The notes under the pieces: generated by a model
Database searches by the model: none
The model's input: the letters and a program-made list of their open reading frames with translations, nothing else
What the model was told of the DNA's origin: nothing
Source: Thermoanaerobaculia bacterium
GTDB lineage: Bacteria > Acidobacteriota > Thermoanaerobaculia > Multivoradales > UBA5704
Reading direction: 5' to 3'
DNA length: 64,000 nt
Assembly: GCA_035940855.1 (NCBI GenBank)
Contig: DASZEM010000007.1
Location: forward strand, 138,928 to 202,927
Shown here: positions 1 to 7,870 of the stretch, in pieces
Layout: every line of letters begins with the position of its first letter
Numbering within the stretch: position 1 is the stretch's first letter
Translations under genes and position numbers: made by a program

Positions 1-522
1 CCTTCCCACGCCTCGGCCGCGGAGGGAGGGTTCCGGTGTGAGGAGCTGTCGTTCGAGGTGAACCTTTCCCCGAGCGATGCCACGGTCTACAACGTGTTCG
101 GCGTCCTGTGCTCTCGCGGCGCCATCCATCAGGCGACGATGCAGATCGTGCTGCATGGCTCGACCTACAGCCACTCGTACTGGGACTGGCCGTTCCAGCC
201 CGAGACCTATTCGTATGTGCGCCGCGCCACGGCCGCGGGCTACGCGGTCCTCAACATCGACCGGATCGGGATCGGCCAGAGCGATCATCCTCCGGCGGAG
301 GACGTCACGATCGGGGCCAACGCGTACGTGGTCCACCAGATCGTGCAGCAGTTGCGCGGTGGGGGCCTGGTCGTGCCTTCTTTCGGCCGAATCCGCGCCG
401 GCCGGGTGGCGCTCGTCGGCCACTCGCTCGGATCGGTGATCTCGATCCAGGAGGCGGCGACAGGCGGGCGTCAGCGCCGTCAACGACCTCAGCGGGTCAG
501 CGACGGCGCAAGGCGCGGGTGA
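1..522 (+). pseudogene. alpha/beta-hydrolase fold protein fragment. The frame is open to the window start (5' partial) and ends abnormally soon after the nucleophile elbow.
   Basis: HG oxyanion-hole motif (VLHGSTYS) and nucleophile elbow GHSLG are present. The ORF then stops after an Arg/Gln-rich tail, with no downstream catalytic Asp/His segment. Its 3' end overlaps the convergent yaiI gene. Confidence 0.45.
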
Positions 523-955
523 GCACGCGGTCGAGGGCGGCCGAGAACGCCTGCTTGTCCTTGGGAGTGTAGGGTCGCGGTCCGCCGGTCTCCAGGCCGG
601 CTCCGCGCAGGCCGTCCATGAGGTCGCGGACGGCGAGGCGCTCGCCCACGTTTTCCTCGGTGTACTCATAGCCCCGCGGATCGATCACCGCGACCTGTTT
701 TTCGACCAGCCGGGAGGCGAGGGGGATGTCGGCCGTGACGGCGACGTCCCCCGGTTGCGCGTGGTCGGCAATGTGGCGGTCGGCCACGTCCGGACCGCCG
801 GCGACCCGCACGGTGGAGACGAAGGGGTTGCCCGGAGGGTCCGAGAGCCACTGGTTGGCGACCTGCACGGCCTCCAGTTGCAGCCGCTTGGCGGCCCGGA
901 AGGCGATTTCCTTGACCTCCCGGGGAGCGGCGTCGGCGTCGATCCAGAGCTTCAT
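497..955 (-). CDS. yaiI: UPF0178/DUF188 protein YaiI
   Basis: Near full-length similarity to E. coli YaiI (MxxWxDADAxP...VANQ...VAxGxDxAD...GDxVxTADIPLA...). 152 aa, the typical size. Confidence 0.85.
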   Translation of the reverse strand: MKLWIDADAAPREVKEIAFRAAKRLQLEAVQVANQWLSDPPGNPFVSTVRVAGGPDVADRHIADHAQPGDVAVTADIPLASRLVEKQVAVIDPRGYEYTEENVGERLAVRDLMDGLRGAGLETGGPRPYTPKDKQAFSAALDRVLTRALRRR

Positions 956-990
956 GGGCGATAGAATATCTCCCGGAAAGGCGGTGACGG

Positions 991-1620
991 ATGCCCACCT
1001 TCACGAATCTCCTTCTCTTCCTGGGCGCCGCCCTGGCGCTCAATCTCACGCCGGGGCCGGACATGCTCTACGTGGCGGCCCGTGGGTCGTCCGAGGGGCG
1101 CGGGGCGGGGGTGGTGTCGGCGCTGGGAATCGCGGCGGGGTGCCTGGTGCACATCGCGGCGCTGGCTCTGGGGTTTTCGGCTCTGCTGGAACGGGTGCCC
1201 GCGGCTTATGACGCCGTGCGGCTGGGCGGGGCGGCGTACCTGATCTGGCTCGGGGTCCGGGCGCTGTGGCGGCCGTCGGCGCTGGGAGCGGTGGGGAAGA
1301 CCGAGCGGGCTCCGCTGGGGCGGATCTTCCGCCAGGGGATCGTCACCAACGTCCTCAATCCCAAGGTGGCCCTGTTCTTCCTGGCGTTCCTGCCGCAGTT
1401 CGTGGATCCGGGCCGCGGCCCCGTGGCGGGGCAGCTCGTGTTCCTGGGCCTGCTGTTCAACACGTCAGGCACGCTGGTGAACCTGGGGGTCGCGCTGGCG
1501 GCGAGCCGCGCCACGACCTGGCTGCGCGCCCGCCAGCGCGCGTCCCAGGCGATGCAGCGGGTGACCGGGGCGGTGTTCGTGGGACTCGGCCTGCGGCTCG
1601 CCATGGCCGGACGCCGGTGA
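991..1620 (+). CDS. LysE/RhtB-family amino-acid exporter
   Basis: 209 aa with six hydrophobic segments. The N-terminus (LFLGAALALNLTPGPDMLYV) and the NPK motif fit the LysE-type translocator family. Confidence 0.85.
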   Translation: MPTFTNLLLFLGAALALNLTPGPDMLYVAARGSSEGRGAGVVSALGIAAGCLVHIAALALGFSALLERVPAAYDAVRLGGAAYLIWLGVRALWRPSALGAVGKTERAPLGRIFRQGIVTNVLNPKVALFFLAFLPQFVDPGRGPVAGQLVFLGLLFNTSGTLVNLGVALAASRATTWLRARQRASQAMQRVTGAVFVGLGLRLAMAGRR

Positions 1621-1713
1621 GGCTGGAGCGCAGGGGGGAAAGAGTGCGCCGCACTTGCCGGGCCGGAGAGGAGCCGCTAGCATTGCCCCCAGGGGAATTC
1701 GAAAGGAGGCATC

Positions 1714-2118
1714 ATGGCAGGTGATCACAGGGTACGCCGGCTTCTCGCAGCCGGAGTCGCGGCGTTTCTCTCGCTGGTCCCCGCTTCGGCCCGGGCGCAG
1801 GGGGAGGGCGTCGTCACCGGGCACGTCCAGAACGCCCAGGGACAGGCCTTGCCGGGTGTAGCGATCAAGCTCCTGAAGGCAGGGCAGGTGAGTCAGCCGA
1901 AGACGTCCGGTGCGGACGGCGACTTCCGGTTCGAGAAGCTGGCCTCCGGCGTCTACTCCGTGGCGGCGTCCCTGGAAGGCTACGCGCCGGTCAACTGCCC
2001 GGGGGTCCGGATCGTCGTCAGCGTGGAGCGCCACTTCGCGATCAAGCTGGTGCCGGCCTCGGAGGGCGGACCGCCGTCGACCTGCGAGATCGTCACCGAG
2101 CCGGCGCAGCCGCAGTAA
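1714..2118 (+). CDS. secreted carboxypeptidase-regulatory-like (CarboxypepD_reg) domain protein
   Basis: Signal peptide (…LVPASARAQG). Pattern G-V-TG-V…G-AL-PGV-I-L…T-DG-F-F-L-G-Y-V…GY. RBS AAAGGAGG 6 nt upstream of the ATG. Confidence 0.65.
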   Translation: MAGDHRVRRLLAAGVAAFLSLVPASARAQGEGVVTGHVQNAQGQALPGVAIKLLKAGQVSQPKTSGADGDFRFEKLASGVYSVAASLEGYAPVNCPGVRIVVSVERHFAIKLVPASEGGPPSTCEIVTEPAQPQ

Positions 2119-2208
2119 TCCCGGTCCGGCGCGGGGAGGCCGGTGGTTCTGGTCTCCCCGCGCCTCAGGCCGCCCGCGAAATGATTCAGGCTCGCCGGTC
2201 ACCCCCTT

Positions 2209-4143
2209 GTGAACGATCCCAGCTTTCAAGGGGGATTTATGGCTGAGATGAGGTATCTGGAGCTTGATCTTCTGATCGAGCCCGCGGAGAAAGGGTACTG
2301 CGCCAGGATCATCCAATCTCCGGCCGGTCAGGCTTCCGCCGAGTTTGAATTGCCCTTTTCCAGGATCGAGCTTGACAACTTCGTCCTGCGCCTGGGGCGC
2401 TCCAGAGGTTCGACCCGCCGGGTGGAATCCTCCGAAATGGCTGCCGCCAAGAAATTCGGAGGAGACCTCTTCAAAGCGGTCTTCACGGGCGATCTCCGGA
2501 GTTGCTTGCGGTCGAGCAATGACGAGGCGGACCGGCAAGGAATGGGTTTGCGGGTCCGGTTGCGCCTGGCCGGCGTTCCGGATCTCGGGGATCTGCCCTG
2601 GGAGTACCTGTACGATCCCGGGTTGAACCGCTTCCTCGCCCTTTCGACGGACACTCCGATCGTCCGCTATCTCGATCTGCCGGAAGCGGTCCGGCCGGTC
2701 AGGGTCAAGCCGCCTCTCCGGATCCTTGCGGTCGTCGCGAGCCCGAGCGATTTTCCGCCGCTCGAAGTGGATCGGGAGTTCGAGAATCTGAGCCGGGCGC
2801 TGGGTGAGCTTACGGCGCAGGGGGTGGTCGCGCTGGACCGGCTTGCCGAGCCTACGCTGGCGGACCTTCAGCGCCGGCTGAGGCAGACCGAGTACCACGT
2901 CTTTCATTTCATCGGTCACGGCGGTTTCGACCGGCAGGTCCAGGACGGCGTTCTTTATTTTCAGTCCCCGGAGGGCCGGGGCCGACCCGTCGGCGCCCAG
3001 TATCTGGGAGCCCTGCTCCACGATCACCGGTCCCTCCGGTTGGCGGTCCTGAACGCTTGTGAAGGTGCCCGGGGCGCGGAGGGAGACCCCTTTTCCGGGA
3101 CAGCCCAGGGGCTCGTGCAGCAGGGAATCCCGGCGGTCATCGCCATGCAGTTCGAGGTGAGCGACGAAGCCGCCATCACCTTCAGCCAGGAGTTCTACTC
3201 CGCGGTGGCGGTGGGCTACCCGATGGATGCGGCCCTGGCGGAGGCGCGCAAGGCGATCTTCGCCCAGGTCAGCGAGCTCGAGTGGGGGACTCCGGTGCTC
3301 TACATGCGTTCCGTGGACGGCCGGATCTTCGACCTCCAGGAAGTCGGCGAGGAGCAGCGCCGGCAGGTGCAAGAGGCCGCGCGCCGGCGTCAAACCCGGG
3401 AGGTGAAGGTCCCGCCGGAGCTTCGTCAGACCCCGCCCCCGGCTCCGCCCCCAACCCCAGCCACGACCTCTCCGCCGCCATCCCTGCCACCTCTCCCCGT
3501 CGTGACAGCGCCGCCCGTAAAGCCGGAACCCGCGAGGCCGCCAGCCGCAGCCCCGGCAACTCCGGCCGTGCGCCATCCTTTCAGGATCCTGGCGATAGGC
3601 TTCAGTGTGGTTCTTGTGCTCCTCTTCCTGGTCGGTTCCTGCATGATAGGGATCGCCAGCTTCGCGAATAATCCGAAAAATGTCGCCCCCTTTCCCCCCC
3701 TACCTGCTCCGCCGACGGCTCCCGACCTGGACCTCAAGGCGAGCCTGCATGCCGCTCTCAACAACGCCCAGGACGTACGCATCGAGGCCATGAAGACGCT
3801 CGACAAAAGCCGGCTGGGGACTGCCTTTATAGGCATCGCGTTAGCCGCTGAGAACCAGAGGATCGACAATTTACGAGGGCAGGGCTTCTACGCGGAAATG
3901 GCGCCCTTCATTCAGGAGATCCAACCCTTCACTCCGAGTTCGGACGGGTTGCAGGCGCAGGTGAACGTCTGGGAAACGAGCGAAGGGATCCGGTACGTTT
4001 CCCACCAGACCGGAGAGTGCTGGCAAACTCCTCCCCTGGAGGGAGACTCGACTTACTTCCTGGTTCGAAACGGGTCCGGCTGGCTGGTCTCGGAGATCCA
4101 AAGCCACTATCCGATTCCCCATGCCACCCCCTGTAACGGGTAA
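2209..4143 (+). CDS. membrane-anchored CHAT-domain (caspase-like) protease: cytoplasmic CHAT domain, Pro-rich linker, one TM helix, ~180-aa C-terminal extracytoplasmic domain
   Basis: CHAT His/Cys dyad context HVFHFIGHGGF … LAVLNACEGARG. Low-complexity P/A/T linker, then TM helix FRILAIGFSVVLVLLFLVGSCMIGIASF preceded by R/H (N-in topology). Probable true start at the MAEMRY Met (2239). Confidence 0.8.
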   Translation: MNDPSFQGGFMAEMRYLELDLLIEPAEKGYCARIIQSPAGQASAEFELPFSRIELDNFVLRLGRSRGSTRRVESSEMAAAKKFGGDLFKAVFTGDLRSCLRSSNDEADRQGMGLRVRLRLAGVPDLGDLPWEYLYDPGLNRFLALSTDTPIVRYLDLPEAVRPVRVKPPLRILAVVASPSDFPPLEVDREFENLSRALGELTAQGVVALDRLAEPTLADLQRRLRQTEYHVFHFIGHGGFDRQVQDGVLYFQSPEGRGRPVGAQYLGALLHDHRSLRLAVLNACEGARGAEGDPFSGTAQGLVQQGIPAVIAMQFEVSDEAAITFSQEFYSAVAVGYPMDAALAEARKAIFAQVSELEWGTPVLYMRSVDGRIFDLQEVGEEQRRQVQEAARRRQTREVKVPPELRQTPPPAPPPTPATTSPPPSLPPLPVVTAPPVKPEPARPPAAAPATPAVRHPFRILAIGFSVVLVLLFLVGSCMIGIASFANNPKNVAPFPPLPAPPTAPDLDLKASLHAALNNAQDVRIEAMKTLDKSRLGTAFIGIALAAENQRIDNLRGQGFYAEMAPFIQEIQPFTPSSDGLQAQVNVWETSEGIRYVSHQTGECWQTPPLEGDSTYFLVRNGSGWLVSEIQSHYPIPHATPCNG

Positions 4144-4180
4144 GAGTGAGCCCGGACGGCGCTGGTTTAGAATAGGCTCG

Positions 4181-5098
4181 ATGAGCCTCGTCGAAGAGAC
4201 GGAGAAGAACGCGGCGCCCCCCCCGCGGGCGGACACGCGGGCGCCGCTCGATGTGCCGGTCGCCTTCGTCAAGTACTACGAGAAGGGCTCGACCGTCATG
4301 GGCGCCGACCAGGTGGCCGAGCGCCTGAAAGCCCGCGGCTGGGACGCCCGCTCGATCCCCGTGCGCGAGATCGGGACGGTGCGTGGCGGCGTCCTAATCT
4401 TCATCAAGACCTCGCGCCTCGATCACCTGCTGCTCGCCAGGGCGCGCGGCAACCGGCTCGCGCTCGACGTGCAGGACACGGTCGTCTTCAAGCGGCGGAT
4501 CAAGAACCGCTGGCTGTTCGACGCCCTGATCTTCAAGAACGGGCGCCAGCTCGCCGATTTCGGACGGCCGGGGCGGCCCGACCGCGTGATCTATCACCAG
4601 TGGGACCCGCGGTACTCGCCGAACCAGGCTCCGCGCGACCGCATGGTCCTGGGCTATCTGGGCAGTGCGCGGTCTCTCCCTGCCGGGTGGCGGTTGCCGG
4701 AGGAGGCCGAGTTGGTCGAGTTCGACGACCGCGAGCCGGAGCGGGTCTTCCGGGGAGCGCCCCGGTTCAACGCCCATCTCGCGGTGCGCCAGCCCGGCCG
4801 GGAGCTCCTCTACAAGCCGAACTGCAAGGTGTCGACGGCGGCGGCCTGCGAGGCCGTCCTGATCTCGACCCGCGATGAGACTACGGTCGAGCTGCTGGGC
4901 GAGGATTATCCCTTCTATTGCGAGCTCGCTCCGGAATCGGTCCGGGCCGCGATCGAGCGGGCGCGCGCCTCCTTCGGCTCGGCCGAGTGGGAGCTGGCCC
5001 TGGAGCGGCTGCGGGCCGTGCGCGAGCGGACCCATTTCGACCGGATCCTCGACCAGTACGAAGACCTCATCCACGAGCTCGCTCCGGCGCGCCGATGA
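4181..5098 (+). CDS. hypothetical protein, possibly sugar-transferase-like Rossmann fold
   Basis: Good GC3 coding signal. Start chosen at MSLVEETEK (the ORF opens at 4121). No family recognised with confidence. Confidence 0.45.
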   Translation: MSLVEETEKNAAPPPRADTRAPLDVPVAFVKYYEKGSTVMGADQVAERLKARGWDARSIPVREIGTVRGGVLIFIKTSRLDHLLLARARGNRLALDVQDTVVFKRRIKNRWLFDALIFKNGRQLADFGRPGRPDRVIYHQWDPRYSPNQAPRDRMVLGYLGSARSLPAGWRLPEEAELVEFDDREPERVFRGAPRFNAHLAVRQPGRELLYKPNCKVSTAAACEAVLISTRDETTVELLGEDYPFYCELAPESVRAAIERARASFGSAEWELALERLRAVRERTHFDRILDQYEDLIHELAPARR

Positions 5099-5111
5099 CC
5101 GCAAACCCGCC

Positions 5112-6056
5112 ATGACCACGACGGTCTGCTATCTCATCCAGAGCCACCGCGACCCGCCGCAGATCCACCGGCTGGTGCGGGTGCTGCGCCAGGGCAGCCC
5201 GCGGGCGAAGATCGTGGTGCGCCACGACTTCGGCAAGTGCGACCTCGACTGGACGCCTCTCGCCGATCTTCCGGACATCCATCTTCTTCCCGTCACGGGT
5301 CCGCCGCAGGTGCGGGCGGACTATTCCTGCCAGGTCCAGCCCTACCTCGACGCCATCGGCTGGCTGGAAGACCAGGGGATCGAGTACGACTGGCTGGTGA
5401 ACCTGACCGCCCAGGACTATCCGGTGAAGCCCGTGGCGGAGATCGAACGCTTCCTCGGCGAGGCGCGGTGCGACGGCTTCCTGCGCTTCTGGGACGTCCT
5501 CTCGCCCGAGAGCCCCTGGTCGGCCCGCAAGGCGCGGGCCCGGTACTGGTACCGCTACCGCCGGCTGCCGGCGGGAGCCGAGCCGTTGATGCGCGCGGCC
5601 CGGCTCCTGACGCGCGTCCTGCCCATTCACTTCTATCTGGACTATGGACCGCTCCTCGGGGTGCGGGCCCTGCGCACACCGTTCCATGACGGCTTCCGCT
5701 GCCACGGCGGCTGGGCTTTCTTCACGCTCCGGCGGCGGGCCGCGCTCTACGTGCGCGAGTTCCTGGCCGAGCATCCGGAGGTGGAGAGGCATTACCGGAC
5801 GACCGTGGCGGCCGAGGAGTCGCTGGTGCCGACGGTGCTCGCCAACAGCGGCCGCTTCGAGCTGGTCAACGACGACCTGCGGTTCATCGACTATTCGCGG
5901 GCGCAGAAGGGCTCGCCGCGGACTCTCACCTGCGCGGACCTGCCGGAGCTGACCTCCGGGCGCTATCACTTCGCCCGCAAGTTCGACCTCGGGGTGGACC
6001 GCGAGGTGCTGGACCGCATCGACCGCGAGCTGTTGGGCATCGAACCCGTCGCCTAG
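5112..6056 (+). CDS. glycosyltransferase family 14 (core-2/I-branching enzyme-like) protein
   Basis: N-terminal VCYLIQSHRDPPQIHRLVRVL and C-terminal HGGWAFFTLRR match the GT14 'Branch' domain pattern (YLIxxH…QxxRLx… / GSQWFxLxR). Confidence 0.65.
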   Translation: MTTTVCYLIQSHRDPPQIHRLVRVLRQGSPRAKIVVRHDFGKCDLDWTPLADLPDIHLLPVTGPPQVRADYSCQVQPYLDAIGWLEDQGIEYDWLVNLTAQDYPVKPVAEIERFLGEARCDGFLRFWDVLSPESPWSARKARARYWYRYRRLPAGAEPLMRAARLLTRVLPIHFYLDYGPLLGVRALRTPFHDGFRCHGGWAFFTLRRRAALYVREFLAEHPEVERHYRTTVAAEESLVPTVLANSGRFELVNDDLRFIDYSRAQKGSPRTLTCADLPELTSGRYHFARKFDLGVDREVLDRIDRELLGIEPVA

Positions 6057-6085
6057 CAATCGATCATCCTCTATAATCGGTCATC

Positions 6086-6979
6086 ATGCGCCTTGTAACT
6101 CGTGGTGACCTCGACGGTCTGACGTGTGCCGTCCTGTTGTCTCTGAACGAAGAGATCGACAGCATCTCCCTCATCCATCCCCAGGACATCAGCGACGGCC
6201 GGGCCGACATCCGGCCGGGGGACGTCATCGCCAACCTGCCATACCACCCGGGGTGTGCTCTTTGGTTCGATCACCACCTGCACACGGCGTCGGCCAACGT
6301 GCCTCCCGAGGCTTTCCGGGGGGCGTTCGCCCAGGCGCCTTCGGCGGCCCGGCTGGTCTATGAGTACTACGGCGGGGAAGAGGCGATGCCGCAGTTCGCC
6401 GAGCTGGTGCGCGAGACCGACCGCTTGGACTCCGCGAACCTGACGCCCGCCGACGTGCTCGATCCCCAGACCTACATCAAGCTCGGCTTCACGATCGACG
6501 GCCGGAGCGGCCTCGGCACGTTCGAGCGCTACTTCCTGCACCTGGTCGAGCTGCTGCGGGCGGGCACGCCGATCGCGGCGATCCTGGACGATCCGGCCGT
6601 CCGGAAGCGTTGCGAGCTCCTGGAGAGCGAGAACGAGCGCTTCTGCCAGGAGCTGCGCAACCACAGCCGGGTGGACGGCAACGTCGTGGTGACCGACTTC
6701 CGGGATCTGGACCACACGCCCATCGGCAACCGCTTCCTGGTCTACGCGCTCTATCCGGAGGTCAACGTCTCGGCCCGCATCCACTGGGGGCCGAACCGCT
6801 CGTTCCCCATGCTGCTCCTGGGCCACAGCATCTTCCGGCGTACGTGCAAGACCAACGTCGGCGAGCTCGCCGCTCGCTATGGCGGCGGCGGCCACCGGGG
6901 CGCGGGCAGCATCCCCCTGATGGAAGACCCCGACCAGCAGATCGCCATGGTGATTGGCGAGCTCAAGGCGAACGGGTAG
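6086..6979 (+). CDS. DHH-family phosphoesterase (NrnA/DhhP-like, DHH + DHHA1)
   Basis: Motifs GDLDGLTCAVLL, DHH (LWFDHHLH) and DHHA1 GGGHRGAGS. 297 aa, as expected for stand-alone nanoRNase or c-di-NMP phosphodiesterases. Confidence 0.75.
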   Translation: MRLVTRGDLDGLTCAVLLSLNEEIDSISLIHPQDISDGRADIRPGDVIANLPYHPGCALWFDHHLHTASANVPPEAFRGAFAQAPSAARLVYEYYGGEEAMPQFAELVRETDRLDSANLTPADVLDPQTYIKLGFTIDGRSGLGTFERYFLHLVELLRAGTPIAAILDDPAVRKRCELLESENERFCQELRNHSRVDGNVVVTDFRDLDHTPIGNRFLVYALYPEVNVSARIHWGPNRSFPMLLLGHSIFRRTCKTNVGELAARYGGGGHRGAGSIPLMEDPDQQIAMVIGELKANG

Positions 6980-6984
6980 GGGGC

Positions 6985-7013
6985 TTGACAGCCGGCACGG
7001 GAGGACGTACTAT
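6985..7013 (+). promoter_or_regulatory. near-consensus sigma70-like promoter (TTGACA-17 nt-TACTAT)
   Basis: cTTGACAgccggcacgggaggacgTACTATtt lies in the intergenic gap after the DHH gene. The nearest downstream + strand gene is ywbE at 7436. Confidence 0.35.
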
Positions 7014-7073
7014 TTACTTCGGATTGGGGAATCCCGGTCGGCAAGGGCCTCGGCAACGCCGGGGTTCTTTGCT

Positions 7074-7394
7074 TTAGGGGAATATCTTGAGGCCGAACCC
7101 CTTGATTCTGCCGCCATTGCTGTAGAGCTTCCCGCGGATGATCTCAAAGGCCCGGTTGGGCTCTTCAGGGTTCATCGTCTTGCGGCGGATAGGGCGGGCG
7201 AACAGGTCCGCGAGCTGCAGGCCGCAGCAGTTCGTCTTCTTGTCGGCCAGGGTCATCTGGAACGGCAGGCGCTCTCCCCGGTAGTTGGCGCCCGCGCAGA
7301 CCCGCTCGAACTCCCCGGCGAGCTCCTGGTCTTCTTTCTTTCCCCGGCATTCGAAGACGAAATGGGTGAGGCGGCCTCTCTGACAGCCGGGCAT
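7074..7394 (-). pseudogene. DUF3800-family protein remnant (C-terminal half only)
   Basis: Contains the DUF3800 C-terminal QLADL motif (GLQLADLFARPI). The N-terminal half (IDESG region) is missing, and ywbE occupies the upstream space. Confidence 0.4.
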
Positions 7395-7435
7395 TATAGG
7401 CCTGAAATTGGGAACCGGCGTAATGGGAGAACGGC

Positions 7436-7645
7436 ATGGCGGGCGAGCTGCGGAAGGACATCCACCCGGGCCTGGAGGTGGAGATCGTGCAGAAGGCCGA
7501 CCAGCGCACGGGGCGGCGGACGCGGGGGATCGTGCGCGACATCCTGACCAGCTCTCCCCGGCATCCGCACGGCATCAAGGTGCGGCTCCAGACGGGCGAG
7601 GTCGGCCGGGTCCAGGAGATCCTGGGGCCGAAAGGACCGGAGTAG
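7436..7645 (+). CDS. ywbE: YwbE-family small protein (DUF2196)
   Basis: 69 aa with IHPGLEVEIVQKADQRTGRRTRGIVRDILT…HPHGIKVRLQTGEVGRVQEI, matching the conserved YwbE pattern. Confidence 0.8.
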   Translation: MAGELRKDIHPGLEVEIVQKADQRTGRRTRGIVRDILTSSPRHPHGIKVRLQTGEVGRVQEILGPKGPE

Positions 7646-7646
7646 A

Positions 7647-7702
7647 GTCTGACATGTCACATTGTGTCAGCCCGGATTGACACAAATTTTCTGAGTGTCA
7701 GA
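7647..7702. promoter_or_regulatory. cluster of TGACA/TGTCA palindromes (possible ywbE terminator and/or operator for the downstream P450 gene)
   Basis: tCTGACATGTCACATTGTGTCAGcc contains the perfect 10-nt palindrome TGACATGTCA nested in a CTGACA…TGTCAG inverted repeat. It is followed by TTGACACAA and TGAGTGTCAG in an AT-rich tract. Confidence 0.5.
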
Positions 7703-7870
7703 AAGGCCAAATCTGTAGCCGTTTGGTACTGCAAGCCCATCAAATCTCGCTTTTCAGCCCCTCTTCTTTCCGCCGCGCGTTGTGGCATGGCGATTGCTAA
7801 AACTTCGATCGAAGCTGCTGTACATCGTCAAGTCATTTGCCCGGGGGCGGAGTCCCCCGAGGAGGGATCG

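Noticed and set aside
1465-3576. 703-aa minus-strand ORF spanning the CarboxypepD_reg gene and the CHAT gene
   Set aside because: Arg/Gly/Pro-rich low-complexity translation typical of an out-of-frame read of high-GC DNA. It is antisense to two well-supported plus-strand genes.
6979-7074. Possible tRNA or small RNA in the gap after the DHH gene
   Set aside because: No T-loop (GTTCRANYC) or cloverleaf-compatible complementarity. I kept only the promoter-like hexamers.
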